Of a stretch of 64,000 nucleotides of DNA, positions 1-8,048 are shown piece by piece. Source of the stretch: a virus (Duplodnaviria > Caudoviricetes); the IMG/VR virus record IMGVR_UViG_3300021979_000003, positions 1-64,000 of that record. One strand, written 5' to 3'. The notes under the pieces are model-generated. The model made no database searches, was not told the origin of the DNA, and saw only the letters and a program-made list of their open reading frames with translations. Position 1 is the stretch's first letter. Each line of letters opens with the position of its first letter. The position numbers were made by a program, and so were the translations under genes.

Positions 1-147
1 TGGGGGTCTTTGTATATTTGGAATGAGTTGGTTCAACAATGGATTTTCGAAAGGTCACTACATCGAAGTGATACAGCAGAAGGTGCAATTGACCAACTTC
101 TAAGGGATGGTTTCTTGCGGAAATAGAACTTACAAAGGTGAATACTT

Positions 148-579
148 ATGGAAGTAATTCATAGTCCTCATAGTCTAAGGGCAAGTTTTATTGAACATGT
201 AGTTAAGCCACTAAGAGTTAAAGAACCTTACAACAAACCTGAAGAGAGTATTATTGAAATCAGGTTGAAGAAAAAAGATAACCATTTTATCGAAAGAGTT
301 CTTGAGCGTGAAGTTGATCGAGGTCGTTTAGGAAGTTTGTTTAAGCTTCTTATCACACAGAAATATTGTGAACTTCTTTATTTGTTTCATACAGCTAGGA
401 AAGAATTCAAGATGTTCGAAGAGAAACCTTTTCTTCTGGTTACTTATAAAGACTTGAACATTGTTTTTATGATGGTTGATGGACATGATCATCCGAAGTA
501 TAAACGTTGGGAACTTGTACCCATTACAGTATTGAAAGATAATGACAAGTTTAGTTATGACTACAGGATCGATATATGA
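148..579 (+). CDS. hypothetical protein
   Basis: 143-aa ORF with upstream AAGGTG RBS; 4-nt overlap with next ORF. Confidence 0.75.
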   Translation: MEVIHSPHSLRASFIEHVVKPLRVKEPYNKPEESIIEIRLKKKDNHFIERVLEREVDRGRLGSLFKLLITQKYCELLYLFHTARKEFKMFEEKPFLLVTYKDLNIVFMMVDGHDHPKYKRWELVPITVLKDNDKFSYDYRIDI

Positions 580-785
580 GTATGTTTTTGTTGTTAAAGA
601 AATCCACATATTGCAATCCACCACCTTTTAAACAAAGGCTTAGGCGCTGGTACTTACATAATGTAGACAGTGGAAGGAATGCTCAAATCCCTTGGTATCA
701 ACATGTTAATTTTCTAATTGTGTTACTTTTACCAGTTATGTCTTTATTATTTGCATTGTATGGTGTTCCATACTTTCTATCTTAA
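576..785 (+). CDS. small membrane protein
   Basis: C-terminal hydrophobic segment FLIVLLLPVMSLLFALYGV. Confidence 0.65.
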   Translation: MSMFLLLKKSTYCNPPPFKQRLRRWYLHNVDSGRNAQIPWYQHVNFLIVLLLPVMSLLFALYGVPYFLS

Positions 786-951
786 GCCAACTTCGACTGA
801 AGGGTTGGGGAAGACTAGCGAGAGCTTACGGCCATGGAAACGTATCGTTCTTGTACTTGAGTCTCTTATTCAAAGTTTTTAATGGAATCGTTTGACTTCC
901 ATTTTTAACTACCCTATAATAGCTTATAAGTTAAATACTAAAGGTTTTAAT

Positions 952-1143
952 ATGTCATATGGCAGTTGGATTGGTCAAACCGTTGTGAAAAAATCACGTA
1001 AGCCGTTTAAGTCTGGTAAGAAAAAAGCCACTGTTAAGGGTGTTACAATTAACCCAAACTGTGATAAGCTTGCCTTTGAATTTTTTGAAGATGATTCGGT
1101 TGTCAACTGTGAAATCTGTAGGATTTCAACTGATAAGGAATAA
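952..1143 (+). CDS. small basic hypothetical protein (KKSRKPFKSG motif)
   Basis: ATG at 952 follows AAGG RBS; ORF track starts earlier at 892. Confidence 0.7.
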   Translation: MSYGSWIGQTVVKKSRKPFKSGKKKATVKGVTINPNCDKLAFEFFEDDSVVNCEICRISTDKE

Positions 1144-1144
1144 T

Positions 1145-1366
1145 ATGAGTAAGTTAAGTTTTAAACATAGAAGAATGATGGTAAGAGAACGTCAGCGTTT
1201 GAGATTTGTTTTTAGACGTGACGGATATGAAGCAATGAAAGCATTTGCTAAACGAGGGGTTGAACAATACAACAACTCATTAAGCTCAGGATACGGTAAA
1301 ATGTATTCTGACGAATTAAGAGCATCAATCTTAACATACTTAATTGTATTAAATAATAAAAGGTGA
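1145..1366 (+). CDS. small basic hypothetical protein
   Basis: ATG at 1145 directly after previous stop with AAGGA RBS. Confidence 0.7.
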   Translation: MSKLSFKHRRMMVRERQRLRFVFRRDGYEAMKAFAKRGVEQYNNSLSSGYGKMYSDELRASILTYLIVLNNKR

Positions 1367-1369
1367 TAT

Positions 1370-1549
1370 ATGTTTTATTGCAGTCATTGTGGTTCAGATA
1401 ATACAAAAGGGATCAATACAGGAAATGGTGGAACCATTTTTGTAGCAGAAGAATTGGATGGTTGTGAAGAGTGTTATGATCCGTTGATTGTTATTGTAGA
1501 GTGTAACAATTGTGGTAAACTTACATATCCATCAATCGATCCAGAATAA
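1370..1549 (+). CDS. Zn-ribbon protein (59 aa, not in ORF track)
   Basis: MFYCSHCGS...CEEC...CNNCG; AGGTG RBS. Confidence 0.7.
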   Translation: MFYCSHCGSDNTKGINTGNGGTIFVAEELDGCEECYDPLIVIVECNNCGKLTYPSIDPE

Positions 1550-1558
1550 AAAGTTTTT

Positions 1559-1634
1559 GGGGGTGTAGCTCAGTTGGGAGAGCGCCTGCCTTGCAAGCAG
1601 GGGGTCGGGAGTTCGAATCTCCCCACTTCCACCA
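1559..1634 (+). tRNA. tRNA-Ala(UGC)
   Basis: Cloverleaf, G3:U70, anticodon arm CCTGC-CTTGCAA-GCAGG, TTCGAAT T-loop, encoded CCA. Confidence 0.97.
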
Positions 1635-1642
1635 AATTTAAT

Positions 1643-1719
1643 GTCCCGTTCGTCTAGTCGGCCAAGGACTCCACCCTTTCACGGTGGCAACAGGGGTTCG
1701 AATCCCCTACGGGATACCA
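1643..1719 (+). tRNA. tRNA-Glu(UUC)
   Basis: Anticodon arm CCACC-CTTTCAC-GGTGG, T-loop TTCGAAT, encoded CCA. Confidence 0.97.
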
Positions 1720-1743
1720 AACACTTAAACATAAGGTGACTGT

Positions 1744-2052
1744 ATGTTTTCAAATCAACCAGATAAAAGTGATCTTGAAGATTCTATCAAAACCCTGTTC
1801 TTTGAACTAGAAGACAGTCGAGGTCCAATCAGAAATATTCAGGAATACATTAATGGAAAGCGTAAAGAGTTCCTTTCTTATCAAGAACAGTGCGACTTTG
1901 ATATTTCTAAAGAAACGTACATTGAACTTATGAAAATTGCGTGGTATCTAGGCGGTACTGTAATCACCTTAGATGATGAGTATTTTAGTGAATATCCTAT
2001 TATGTGGGGTCAACAACACAACATAGATACTTCGGATTATACATGGGACTGA
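1744..2052 (+). CDS. hypothetical protein
   Basis: 102-aa ORF with AAGGTG RBS. Confidence 0.75.
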   Translation: MFSNQPDKSDLEDSIKTLFFELEDSRGPIRNIQEYINGKRKEFLSYQEQCDFDISKETYIELMKIAWYLGGTVITLDDEYFSEYPIMWGQQHNIDTSDYTWD

Positions 2053-2058
2053 TTAATT

Positions 2059-2208
2059 ATGGCTAGAAGAAACCTACCAGAAAAGTACATGCTTAAGGAT
2101 CATGACTTTGCATTAGTTATGAAAGGTAATCCTAAAGCTAGAAGTGCCAGAAAGAAAATGCGTCGTGCTATGAAAAAACGTGAGCGTAAGTTTGATATCT
2201 ATGATTGA
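2059..2208 (+). CDS. small basic protein (49 aa, not in ORF track)
   Basis: MARRNLPEKYMLKDHDFALVMKGNPKARSARKKMRRAMKKRERKFDIYD. Confidence 0.6.
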   Translation: MARRNLPEKYMLKDHDFALVMKGNPKARSARKKMRRAMKKRERKFDIYD

Positions 2209-2566
2209 TCCCAATACTACAATCAGTGATATTTCATCACACGTATATCTTGGTGAATATGACCCAAACGGTATTATTGGGAAACTTCACGACATGGATA
2301 TATATATTGATTCTATGTTGAATCATAAAAATGTTACTGAACGTGGCATTCAGATATATTTCAATCGATATACTTTTGAAACATTGGTTAAAGAGGTAAT
2401 TGAAAAAAGCCACTACCCTAAAGTAACATTTAGTCGTTTTAGAACACTAGGACAAGGTATGTATGGGAAGATTGTATATTGTTCAAGTGATATGACGATT
2501 AAAGATGTTATCAAATTTCTAGAAGCCTTCCACTTAAGATTGACCCTCACAAAGCACAAAAGATAA
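2201..2566 (+). CDS. hypothetical protein
   Basis: ATG at 2201 overlaps previous stop; ORF track uses GTG at 2180. Confidence 0.65.
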   Translation: MIDPNTTISDISSHVYLGEYDPNGIIGKLHDMDIYIDSMLNHKNVTERGIQIYFNRYTFETLVKEVIEKSHYPKVTFSRFRTLGQGMYGKIVYCSSDMTIKDVIKFLEAFHLRLTLTKHKR

Positions 2567-2673
2567 CCCCCTCACAAATATAATAAGTGTAACTATGTTA
2601 CACTTTTTTACATGTTTTTAACATTTTTTCACATAGTGGTATAAATTATAATGTGATAGTTGTAAAATAACTA

Positions 2674-2702
2674 TTGACAGTATAAAATTTGTCCATCATA
2701 CT
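2674..2702 (+). promoter_or_regulatory. sigma70-type promoter
   Basis: TTGACA-17 nt-CATACT upstream of the YadA-like gene. Confidence 0.7.
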
Positions 2703-2773
2703 TACAAACAGTAACAGAACTGTTACTAAGTGAAATTTAATTGATGGAATAATACTTTGTGAGGAAACACAAA

Positions 2774-3760
2774 ATGAAAAGTACACATAAAAATTGTTTT
2801 ATAGCAGCCATTGCTGCAATCGCTTTATCTTTTAGTTTTAATGTTGATGCAAATGGAAATGATGTAAGTTGTATTGCGAAATATGGTTTAGACTATTGTC
2901 AAGGGCCGCAGGGAGAACAGGGAGAACAAGGACCACAAGGACCACAAGGACCACAAGGACCACAAGGACCACAAGGACCACAAGGACCACAAGGTGAGCA
3001 AGGACCACAAGGTGAACCGGGAATTGTTGATCAAGAAGTTATTAACAATATACACAATAAAATAGATCAAGTAGATAAAGAAGATATGCGTGTTAAAAGT
3101 GGTAATCTTCAAGATGGTACACTAACCTTGCGTGTAGAAGATATGGAAAAGACACGTGGACGTGATGAAATTTATGGTAAAGATGTTGAAATAGATTTAT
3201 CAGAACTAGATCAGTCAGAAGAGGTATCTGAAAACCGCACTGATATCAATACAAATACTACTAACATCACTACTAATAGCGAAAGCATCGAAACTAACAC
3301 AACTGAGATTAATAATCAAGGTGATCGTATTACTAAGAATGAAACCGATATTGCTAACATTCAAGGATACGACGGTAGTCAAGTTGAAACTAACACAGTA
3401 AATATCAACAAGAACACTACATCAATAAGTGAGCTATACGGCGCTACTAGCACTAACCGACAAGCTATTGTAGATACAAATGCCCGTATTGATAGTGTAA
3501 TAAGCGACATGAAATATCTAGATAAAAACCTATCTGCTGGTATTGCAAGTGCTATCGCTATCGGTCAACATCAGTTTGATCCTTCTTATAAGAGTGGGCA
3601 GATTAGTATTTCTGGTGGCTTCTATAACGGCCAGAATGCAGTAAGCTTAGCAGTTGGTGTTCCTCTTGGTGAACGTGCATTCTTTAACGCATCGATTGCT
3701 GCCGATTCTGGATCACGTGGTGAGAGTGGTGGCGTTGGCGTAACCTTCCTCTTAGAATAA
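2774..3760 (+). CDS. trimeric autotransporter-like protein (signal peptide, collagen repeat, stalk, YadA-type anchor)
   Basis: Hydrophobic signal peptide, 13 G-X-Y triplets, N/T-rich coiled stalk, C-terminal [10 protein letters not shown]...[15 protein letters not shown]...GVGVTF; GAGGA RBS before ATG 2774. Confidence 0.85.
   Translation: MKSTHKNCFIAAIAAIALSFSFNVDANGNDVSCIAKYGLDYCQGPQGEQGEQGPQGPQGPQGPQGPQGPQGPQGEQGPQGEPGIVDQEVINNIHNKIDQVDKEDMRVKSGNLQDGTLTLRVEDMEKTRGRDEIYGKDVEIDLSELDQSEEVSENRTDINTNTTNITTNSESIETNTTEINNQGDRITKNETDIANIQGYDGSQVETNTVNINKNTTSISELYGATSTNRQAIVDTNARIDSVISDMKYLDKNLSAGIASAIAIGQHQFDPSYKSGQISISGGFYNGQNAVSLAVGVPLGERAFFNASIAADSGSRGESGGVGVTFLLE
2903..3019 (+). repeat. collagen-like G-X-Y repeat with 7 identical GGACCACAA units (2930-2992)
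   Basis: Direct 9-nt tandem repeat visible in sequence. Confidence 0.95.
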
Positions 3761-3786
3761 TTCAGCCGTGATCTGTATAAAACTTT

Positions 3787-3815
3787 AATTATGGGCTTCA
3801 TGCCCATAATTTTTT
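3787..3815 (+). terminator. intrinsic terminator
   Basis: ATTATGGGC-TTCAT-GCCCATAAT followed by T run. Confidence 0.85.
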
Positions 3816-3869
3816 ATTGCATTCTTCAGTTAATACATTATAATAGAGTATCGTAAAAGAAGAATTATT

Positions 3870-4046
3870 ATGTCTAAACTAGTTTGTAAATGTGGGAAAG
3901 GATATGCTAGCGAATATGACAAGATGTGTAAGTTTTGTCGAGAAAATTCATGTGGCGTTAGACGAGCCGTATTAAAAGATTACGTGAAACATAGGGGTTA
4001 TGGATTGCCCCTAGATCAATACTTTCGCATGATGAAAAAATTATAG
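3870..4046 (+). CDS. small Cys-rich protein (58 aa, not in ORF track)
   Basis: MSKLVCKCGKGYASEYDKMCKFCRE..., downstream of TTGCAT-16-TATAAT promoter (3817-3844). Confidence 0.55.
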   Translation: MSKLVCKCGKGYASEYDKMCKFCRENSCGVRRAVLKDYVKHRGYGLPLDQYFRMMKKL

Positions 4047-4134
4047 AGAGGTGGCCGAGCGGTCGAAGGCAACGGCTTGGAAAGCCGTAGACTCCTAACG
4101 GGGTCCGGGGGTTCGAATCCCTTCCTCTCTGCCA
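4045..4134 (+). tRNA. tRNA-Ser(GGA)
   Basis: AGAGAGG/CCTCTCT acceptor, ACGGC-TTGGAAA-GCCGT, long variable arm, G73, CCA. Confidence 0.96.
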
Positions 4135-4162
4135 TTTTTATTTAATTGATAATGAGGTTGTT

Positions 4163-4552
4163 ATGTCTAATAGTAAAGAACTAAACTTTGATCAGAAATG
4201 CCGTATGATTACTAAAAATCTTGGTATGCACTATTATGATTGGGAATTTTTTGATGAAGAAAGTATGTGTGAAATGGTAGGCATTACTCATAAAGAGTAT
4301 TCTTCATGGTGTTCTGAGATTGGTCAAGACAAAGTGAGACAGATACGCAATTCTGGTGTTCCTGAAAAATACAAATGGACCCATCCTATTCCTAAACTTC
4401 ACAACAGGTTTTTGAAAGATCATCCCGGTATGTATTCTATACCTCAACTAGGGATGATCAAAGAGTCCGCTGAATATTGGAATAATTTTGAAGTGTTGAC
4501 TTGGTTAGACGAAGCACGTAAAATGTACGCGAATCAAAACATAACTATCTAG
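4163..4552 (+). CDS. hypothetical protein
   Basis: GAGG RBS, 129 aa. Confidence 0.75.
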   Translation: MSNSKELNFDQKCRMITKNLGMHYYDWEFFDEESMCEMVGITHKEYSSWCSEIGQDKVRQIRNSGVPEKYKWTHPIPKLHNRFLKDHPGMYSIPQLGMIKESAEYWNNFEVLTWLDEARKMYANQNITI

Positions 4553-4565
4553 GAGGTTTATTTTT

Positions 4566-4778
4566 ATGTCATCACCTGAAGAACTGAAAAGCTATTTTGA
4601 TGAAGCACTGATCGATCAGTTCAAGACTGAAGTATCTGATCGTGCAGAAGAAGTTGACGAATCAAATAATGAAGATTGGTTTTCTTTAACTATTGGTTGG
4701 GGTATTGCTAAAGGTCTTGAACCAGAAGCCTCGCATATGTTTGCAATTTATATTCGTTATCATACTGACTTAGGATAG
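4566..4778 (+). CDS. small acidic hypothetical protein
   Basis: AGGAGG RBS, 70 aa. Confidence 0.8.
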   Translation: MSSPEELKSYFDEALIDQFKTEVSDRAEEVDESNNEDWFSLTIGWGIAKGLEPEASHMFAIYIRYHTDLG

Positions 4779-4923
4779 GAAAGGTGTACACCTTTTCTTA
4801 CCAATATAGATACTTGGATTTGTTTTAAGAGTGTGCTACAATTCTAGGAGAAAAATTGTACATGAATGAAGTCATGGAACTGGAATAGGCTGGTCCTGAC
4901 TATTAATTGTTGAGGATATTGTT

Positions 4924-5754
4924 ATGAAAAATGATACACAAAAGTTTCATGTTGGTGACGAAGTTGAAGTTACTAACAAAAAGTTGAAGACCTATGGTAC
5001 TAAAGGTGTCGTGAAAGAGCTAGGTTATAATCCATTTTACCCCGATTTTGATGGCACGATTCGCGTCCATAATTTTAATGCAACTGGACATGATTGTATT
5101 GTAGCTCTACAAAGTGGCTCTACCGTTCGAATCAAAGATGATAACATTAAAGTAATTAAGAAAAATACTACCAAGGCCACCAACACAGTTGAGCTTGGAG
5201 AATATTACAATGTTACTCACCGTCATGGCGACATTGAACAGGTCTATATTATGGATTGTGAGTTCAACAAGTCGGCTGATGGTCCCTATGTTCTTGCTAT
5301 GAATCTCAATTCGGTTCCGACAATACACTATTCTGTATATAATGTTACAACCGTTAATATGGAAAAGGTAACTAATCAAGGTACACTTGAACGACTAAGG
5401 GATGTTAAGGATCGTATTGAAAAAGGCAACACCACATACACTGTTGTTATCGAAGGTCGCAAGATGTCTTCCTTTACCGACAAAGCTAATATGGAAAGTC
5501 ATGATCCATACTTCCACGAACGTACATTTTATGATCGTCGCACAATGGATGCTATGTTTGGTTCCCAACGTAAAGACTCTTTTAAGGAATTGCGTAGTAC
5601 TTACGACACTTCGTTTACGGTTCGTGGTGATCGTCTGGATGGTTTGATTCGCGAACTTATTCTTGAGCAAGGTGTAGCACAAGAAAGTATTAAAGTTTAT
5701 AAGCTTCAGTCTCCACAAAAGGTTGATGTTAAAGTAGATATTAACATTGGGTGA
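4924..5754 (+). CDS. hypothetical protein with N-terminal KOW/SH3-like segment
   Basis: FHVGDEVEVT...GTKGVVK pattern; GAGGA RBS. Confidence 0.7.
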   Translation: MKNDTQKFHVGDEVEVTNKKLKTYGTKGVVKELGYNPFYPDFDGTIRVHNFNATGHDCIVALQSGSTVRIKDDNIKVIKKNTTKATNTVELGEYYNVTHRHGDIEQVYIMDCEFNKSADGPYVLAMNLNSVPTIHYSVYNVTTVNMEKVTNQGTLERLRDVKDRIEKGNTTYTVVIEGRKMSSFTDKANMESHDPYFHERTFYDRRTMDAMFGSQRKDSFKELRSTYDTSFTVRGDRLDGLIRELILEQGVAQESIKVYKLQSPQKVDVKVDINIG

Positions 5755-5760
5755 GTAACT

Positions 5761-6051
5761 ATGAAACCAGTAAGACGCAATACATATATTCAACTTGGCA
5801 CTTACTCACACGGCCAGTGGTATCCACTCAGAAGGTTCCCTAGAACCTTCAATGAAAGGTGGGCGAATCCACAAAATAACTGTGAGTTAAAGTTTAGAAA
5901 GCCTCGCTTTGTCGATATGATTATTAAGCGTGACGGACGCAAGATGAAAAGAATCTACCGTGGAATGCTTTATAATCGTAGAGCCAATGATTACGTTATT
6001 ATGAGTATTGGCAACAGAAAGAACTTGGATTTCCATAGGGTACGTGTATGA
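5761..6051 (+). CDS. basic hypothetical protein
   Basis: In operon context; 4-nt overlap with next ORF. Confidence 0.65.
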   Translation: MKPVRRNTYIQLGTYSHGQWYPLRRFPRTFNERWANPQNNCELKFRKPRFVDMIIKRDGRKMKRIYRGMLYNRRANDYVIMSIGNRKNLDFHRVRV

Positions 6052-6245
6052 CACTTCCGATCATAGCCTATGTTTTGTTATTAATATTTTGGATCATCTT
6101 TCCTATATGGTTTTATAGGATGATGAAAAGCCCACCATCATTTTTTAAAGGTGGGTTAGATTTAAAACATAATACTAATGATAGACTATTGGTTATCTCT
6201 CTGGTAGTATGGGCTATACTAATGGGTATCGTAATCACAAGGTGA
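6048..6245 (+). CDS. two-TM membrane protein
   Basis: Two hydrophobic segments. Confidence 0.7.
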   Translation: MTLPIIAYVLLLIFWIIFPIWFYRMMKSPPSFFKGGLDLKHNTNDRLLVISLVVWAILMGIVITR

Positions 6246-6249
6246 CTAG

Positions 6250-6546
6250 ATGATTAATGACTATATGGTTCTTATGAACTTCGCTATGTATAAACTTTTT
6301 ACAAGAGTTTGTGATAGTGAAGATGAAACGTATAAAGGTAAAACTTTATTTTTCCACGGTTATAACTTTACTGTTGAAAAACCGGTTGAGGATAAAGATA
6401 TTTTACTTGATAAAATTGTTGATCAGTCGGTTGAATACTTTCGTATTATTCAAGGCGATGTAATTTTCATTAAGTCGGTAAATTATGTAGAGCGTAATGA
6501 CGATTATGAAGTAAATATTGTGTTTGCAACTAATGACAGAATGTAG
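6250..6546 (+). CDS. hypothetical protein
   Basis: AGGTG RBS, 98 aa. Confidence 0.7.
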   Translation: MINDYMVLMNFAMYKLFTRVCDSEDETYKGKTLFFHGYNFTVEKPVEDKDILLDKIVDQSVEYFRIIQGDVIFIKSVNYVERNDDYEVNIVFATNDRM

Positions 6547-6574
6547 ACAAAAATATATTTTATGTTAATATTAT

Positions 6575-6651
6575 AGTCGCTTAGCTCAGTTGGTTAGAGC
6601 GCCTGCCTTACACGCAGGAGGTCACTGGTTCGATTCCAGTAGCGACTACCA
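6575..6651 (+). tRNA. tRNA-Val(UAC)
   Basis: AGTCGCT/AGCGACT acceptor, CCTGC-CTTACAC-GCAGG, CCA. Confidence 0.97.
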
Positions 6652-6678
6652 TTTTTAATTAAACTAAAAGGAAAATAT

Positions 6679-7323
6679 ATGAGTACATACGCAGAAAGTT
6701 CTCGTTCTCTGACATTCGAAAAGGGTCGGAAAAATGTGGTTAACGGATTGATTGCTGTTGCCGCTATGTTCGGTACAACTGGAATCGGAGTGTGGATTGC
6801 TTCTCTCTTCAACATTGTTTTTACTGGTTGGGTGAGTGCGATTGTGTTTTTGGTACTAATGATCGGGCTTATCTTTCTTATTCAAGCTAATGCCAATAAT
6901 GCGTTGGGTCTTCCACTACTTCTACTCTTTGGTGGTTTACAAGGTATCTTTATGGGAGCCTACCTGACTATGTTCCCACTATCGTCAATCTTCTTGGCAA
7001 TTGGTGGAACTATTGCTATTACGTTTGCGTGTATGAGATATGCTGCAACGTTTAAAGTAGATACCTCTAATTGGGGCGGACCTTTGCTTATTATTTTGCT
7101 TGTAGCAATTGGTGTAATGATTGCTAACATCTGGATTGGCTCTGCCCTCCTATCTACTGCGTTGTCTGTTGGTATTGTTGTACTGTTTAGCGCATTCGTT
7201 CTATACGACACACAACAAGCATTGAAAAATCCTGATATGAGCTATATTGAATTTGCAATTAACATGTATCTGAACATGCTAAACATTTTCATTCATCTTC
7301 TATCTCTTATCGGAAACGATTAA
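6679..7323 (+). CDS. Bax inhibitor-1/YccA family membrane protein
   Basis: About 7 TM segments, LFSAFVLYDTQ and A..MYLNMLNIFIHLLSLIG C-terminal signature. Confidence 0.9.
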   Translation: MSTYAESSRSLTFEKGRKNVVNGLIAVAAMFGTTGIGVWIASLFNIVFTGWVSAIVFLVLMIGLIFLIQANANNALGLPLLLLFGGLQGIFMGAYLTMFPLSSIFLAIGGTIAITFACMRYAATFKVDTSNWGGPLLIILLVAIGVMIANIWIGSALLSTALSVGIVVLFSAFVLYDTQQALKNPDMSYIEFAINMYLNMLNIFIHLLSLIGND

Positions 7324-7335
7324 TGTTATAGGGTA

Positions 7336-7364
7336 TTGCAATTCAAAGTGATACCCCTTATAAT
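7336..7364 (+). promoter_or_regulatory. sigma70-type promoter for tRNA-Cys, overlapping a hairpin
   Basis: TTGCAA-17-TATAAT. Confidence 0.7.
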
Positions 7365-7378
7365 GTAAATATAAACTG

Positions 7379-7452
7379 GCCGGTTTAGCCAAGTGGTTAG
7401 GCAGCGGATTGCAAATCCGCCTACGGGGGTTCAAATCCCTCAACCGGCTCCA
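7379..7452 (+). tRNA. tRNA-Cys(GCA)
   Basis: GCCGGTT/AACCGGC acceptor, GCGGA-TTGCAAA-TCCGC, U73, CCA. Confidence 0.96.
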
Positions 7453-7471
7453 AACATTAAGAGGTGATAAC

Positions 7472-7648
7472 ATGGAAAAACAAATGGTCCAGAAGCTTCG
7501 TAACGGTAATAAAATTTACAAAGTTCAAGACAAACATGGCACACCTCGCTATCGTGTACTTCGTGGCAAACATTGGATTGGCAAGACGCTGGACGGTGGG
7601 TATATTTCTGCTCGTGCTGCACGACGTTTCGGTGAAGCGAATGGATGA
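7472..7648 (+). CDS. small basic hypothetical protein
   Basis: GAGGTG RBS then ATG 7472; ORF track start 7409 lies inside the tRNA. Confidence 0.7.
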   Translation: MEKQMVQKLRNGNKIYKVQDKHGTPRYRVLRGKHWIGKTLDGGYISARAARRFGEANG

Positions 7649-7790
7649 TAAAGAAAAAAATCGAACTAAGAGTTTCAATCGTACCCGTATGCAACGGGCA
7701 CTGAAGAGTGGCGATCCAATAACTATTCCGTTGGGATTGAGTCGTGAAGAGCTTAGACAGTTTATTATAAATTCTGGTAAGAAAAGGTGA
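7641..7790 (+). CDS. small hypothetical protein (TIPLGLSREELRQFI)
   Basis: ATG at 7641 overlaps previous stop. Confidence 0.6.
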   Translation: MDDKEKNRTKSFNRTRMQRALKSGDPITIPLGLSREELRQFIINSGKKR

Positions 7791-7805
7791 ATTGAGGATT
7801 AAGTT

Positions 7806-8000
7806 ATGCGTAATAAAGCAGTCGAACTAATGGTACGTTGTCAGTTTAATATTCCTGAAACTACAGAGGTTTCTGTGCGATGTCTTGGGCGAATCAACGA
7901 TCTTTATGAATATGAAATCGTACCTTTGTAGAAAGGTTGTGTGGTTGGTGACACTGGTGATCTCGTCTATGTAGAATACTCTAAATCAATGTGTATATGA
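7806..8000 (+). pseudogene. small ORF interrupted by in-frame TAG (7929-7931), or a 41-aa ORF
   Basis: GAGGA RBS; frame stays open for 22 codons after the TAG. Confidence 0.35.
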
Positions 8001-8048
8001 GAATTCCATATACCTGACTGAACAACTGTGTGACCCAACATGAAGAGT

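Noticed and set aside
2930-2992. CRISPR array (also considered for the 40935-40963 repeat)
   Set aside because: Contiguous 9- or 11-nt tandem units without spacers; no cas genes
2888-3112. Minus-strand ORF with LWS repeats
   Set aside because: Antisense shadow of the collagen repeat
5107-5793. Overlapping ORFs 5107..5379, 5395..5793 and 5402..5647, and similar antisense or off-frame ORFs throughout (e.g. 8989..9327, 23358..23774, 50031..50384)
   Set aside because: They lie within longer genes that have RBS and operon context; no motifs of their own
6250-6546. Possible extra KLxYP-family members (6250..6546 ending VNIVFAT; 52045..52560 ending NKFKRQIP)
   Set aside because: Only fragments of the motif are present; insufficient without an HMM
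6594-6815. ORFs overlapping tRNA genes (6594..6815, 30301..30582, first part of 7409..7648)
   Set aside because: Translations of tRNA sequence; artefacts
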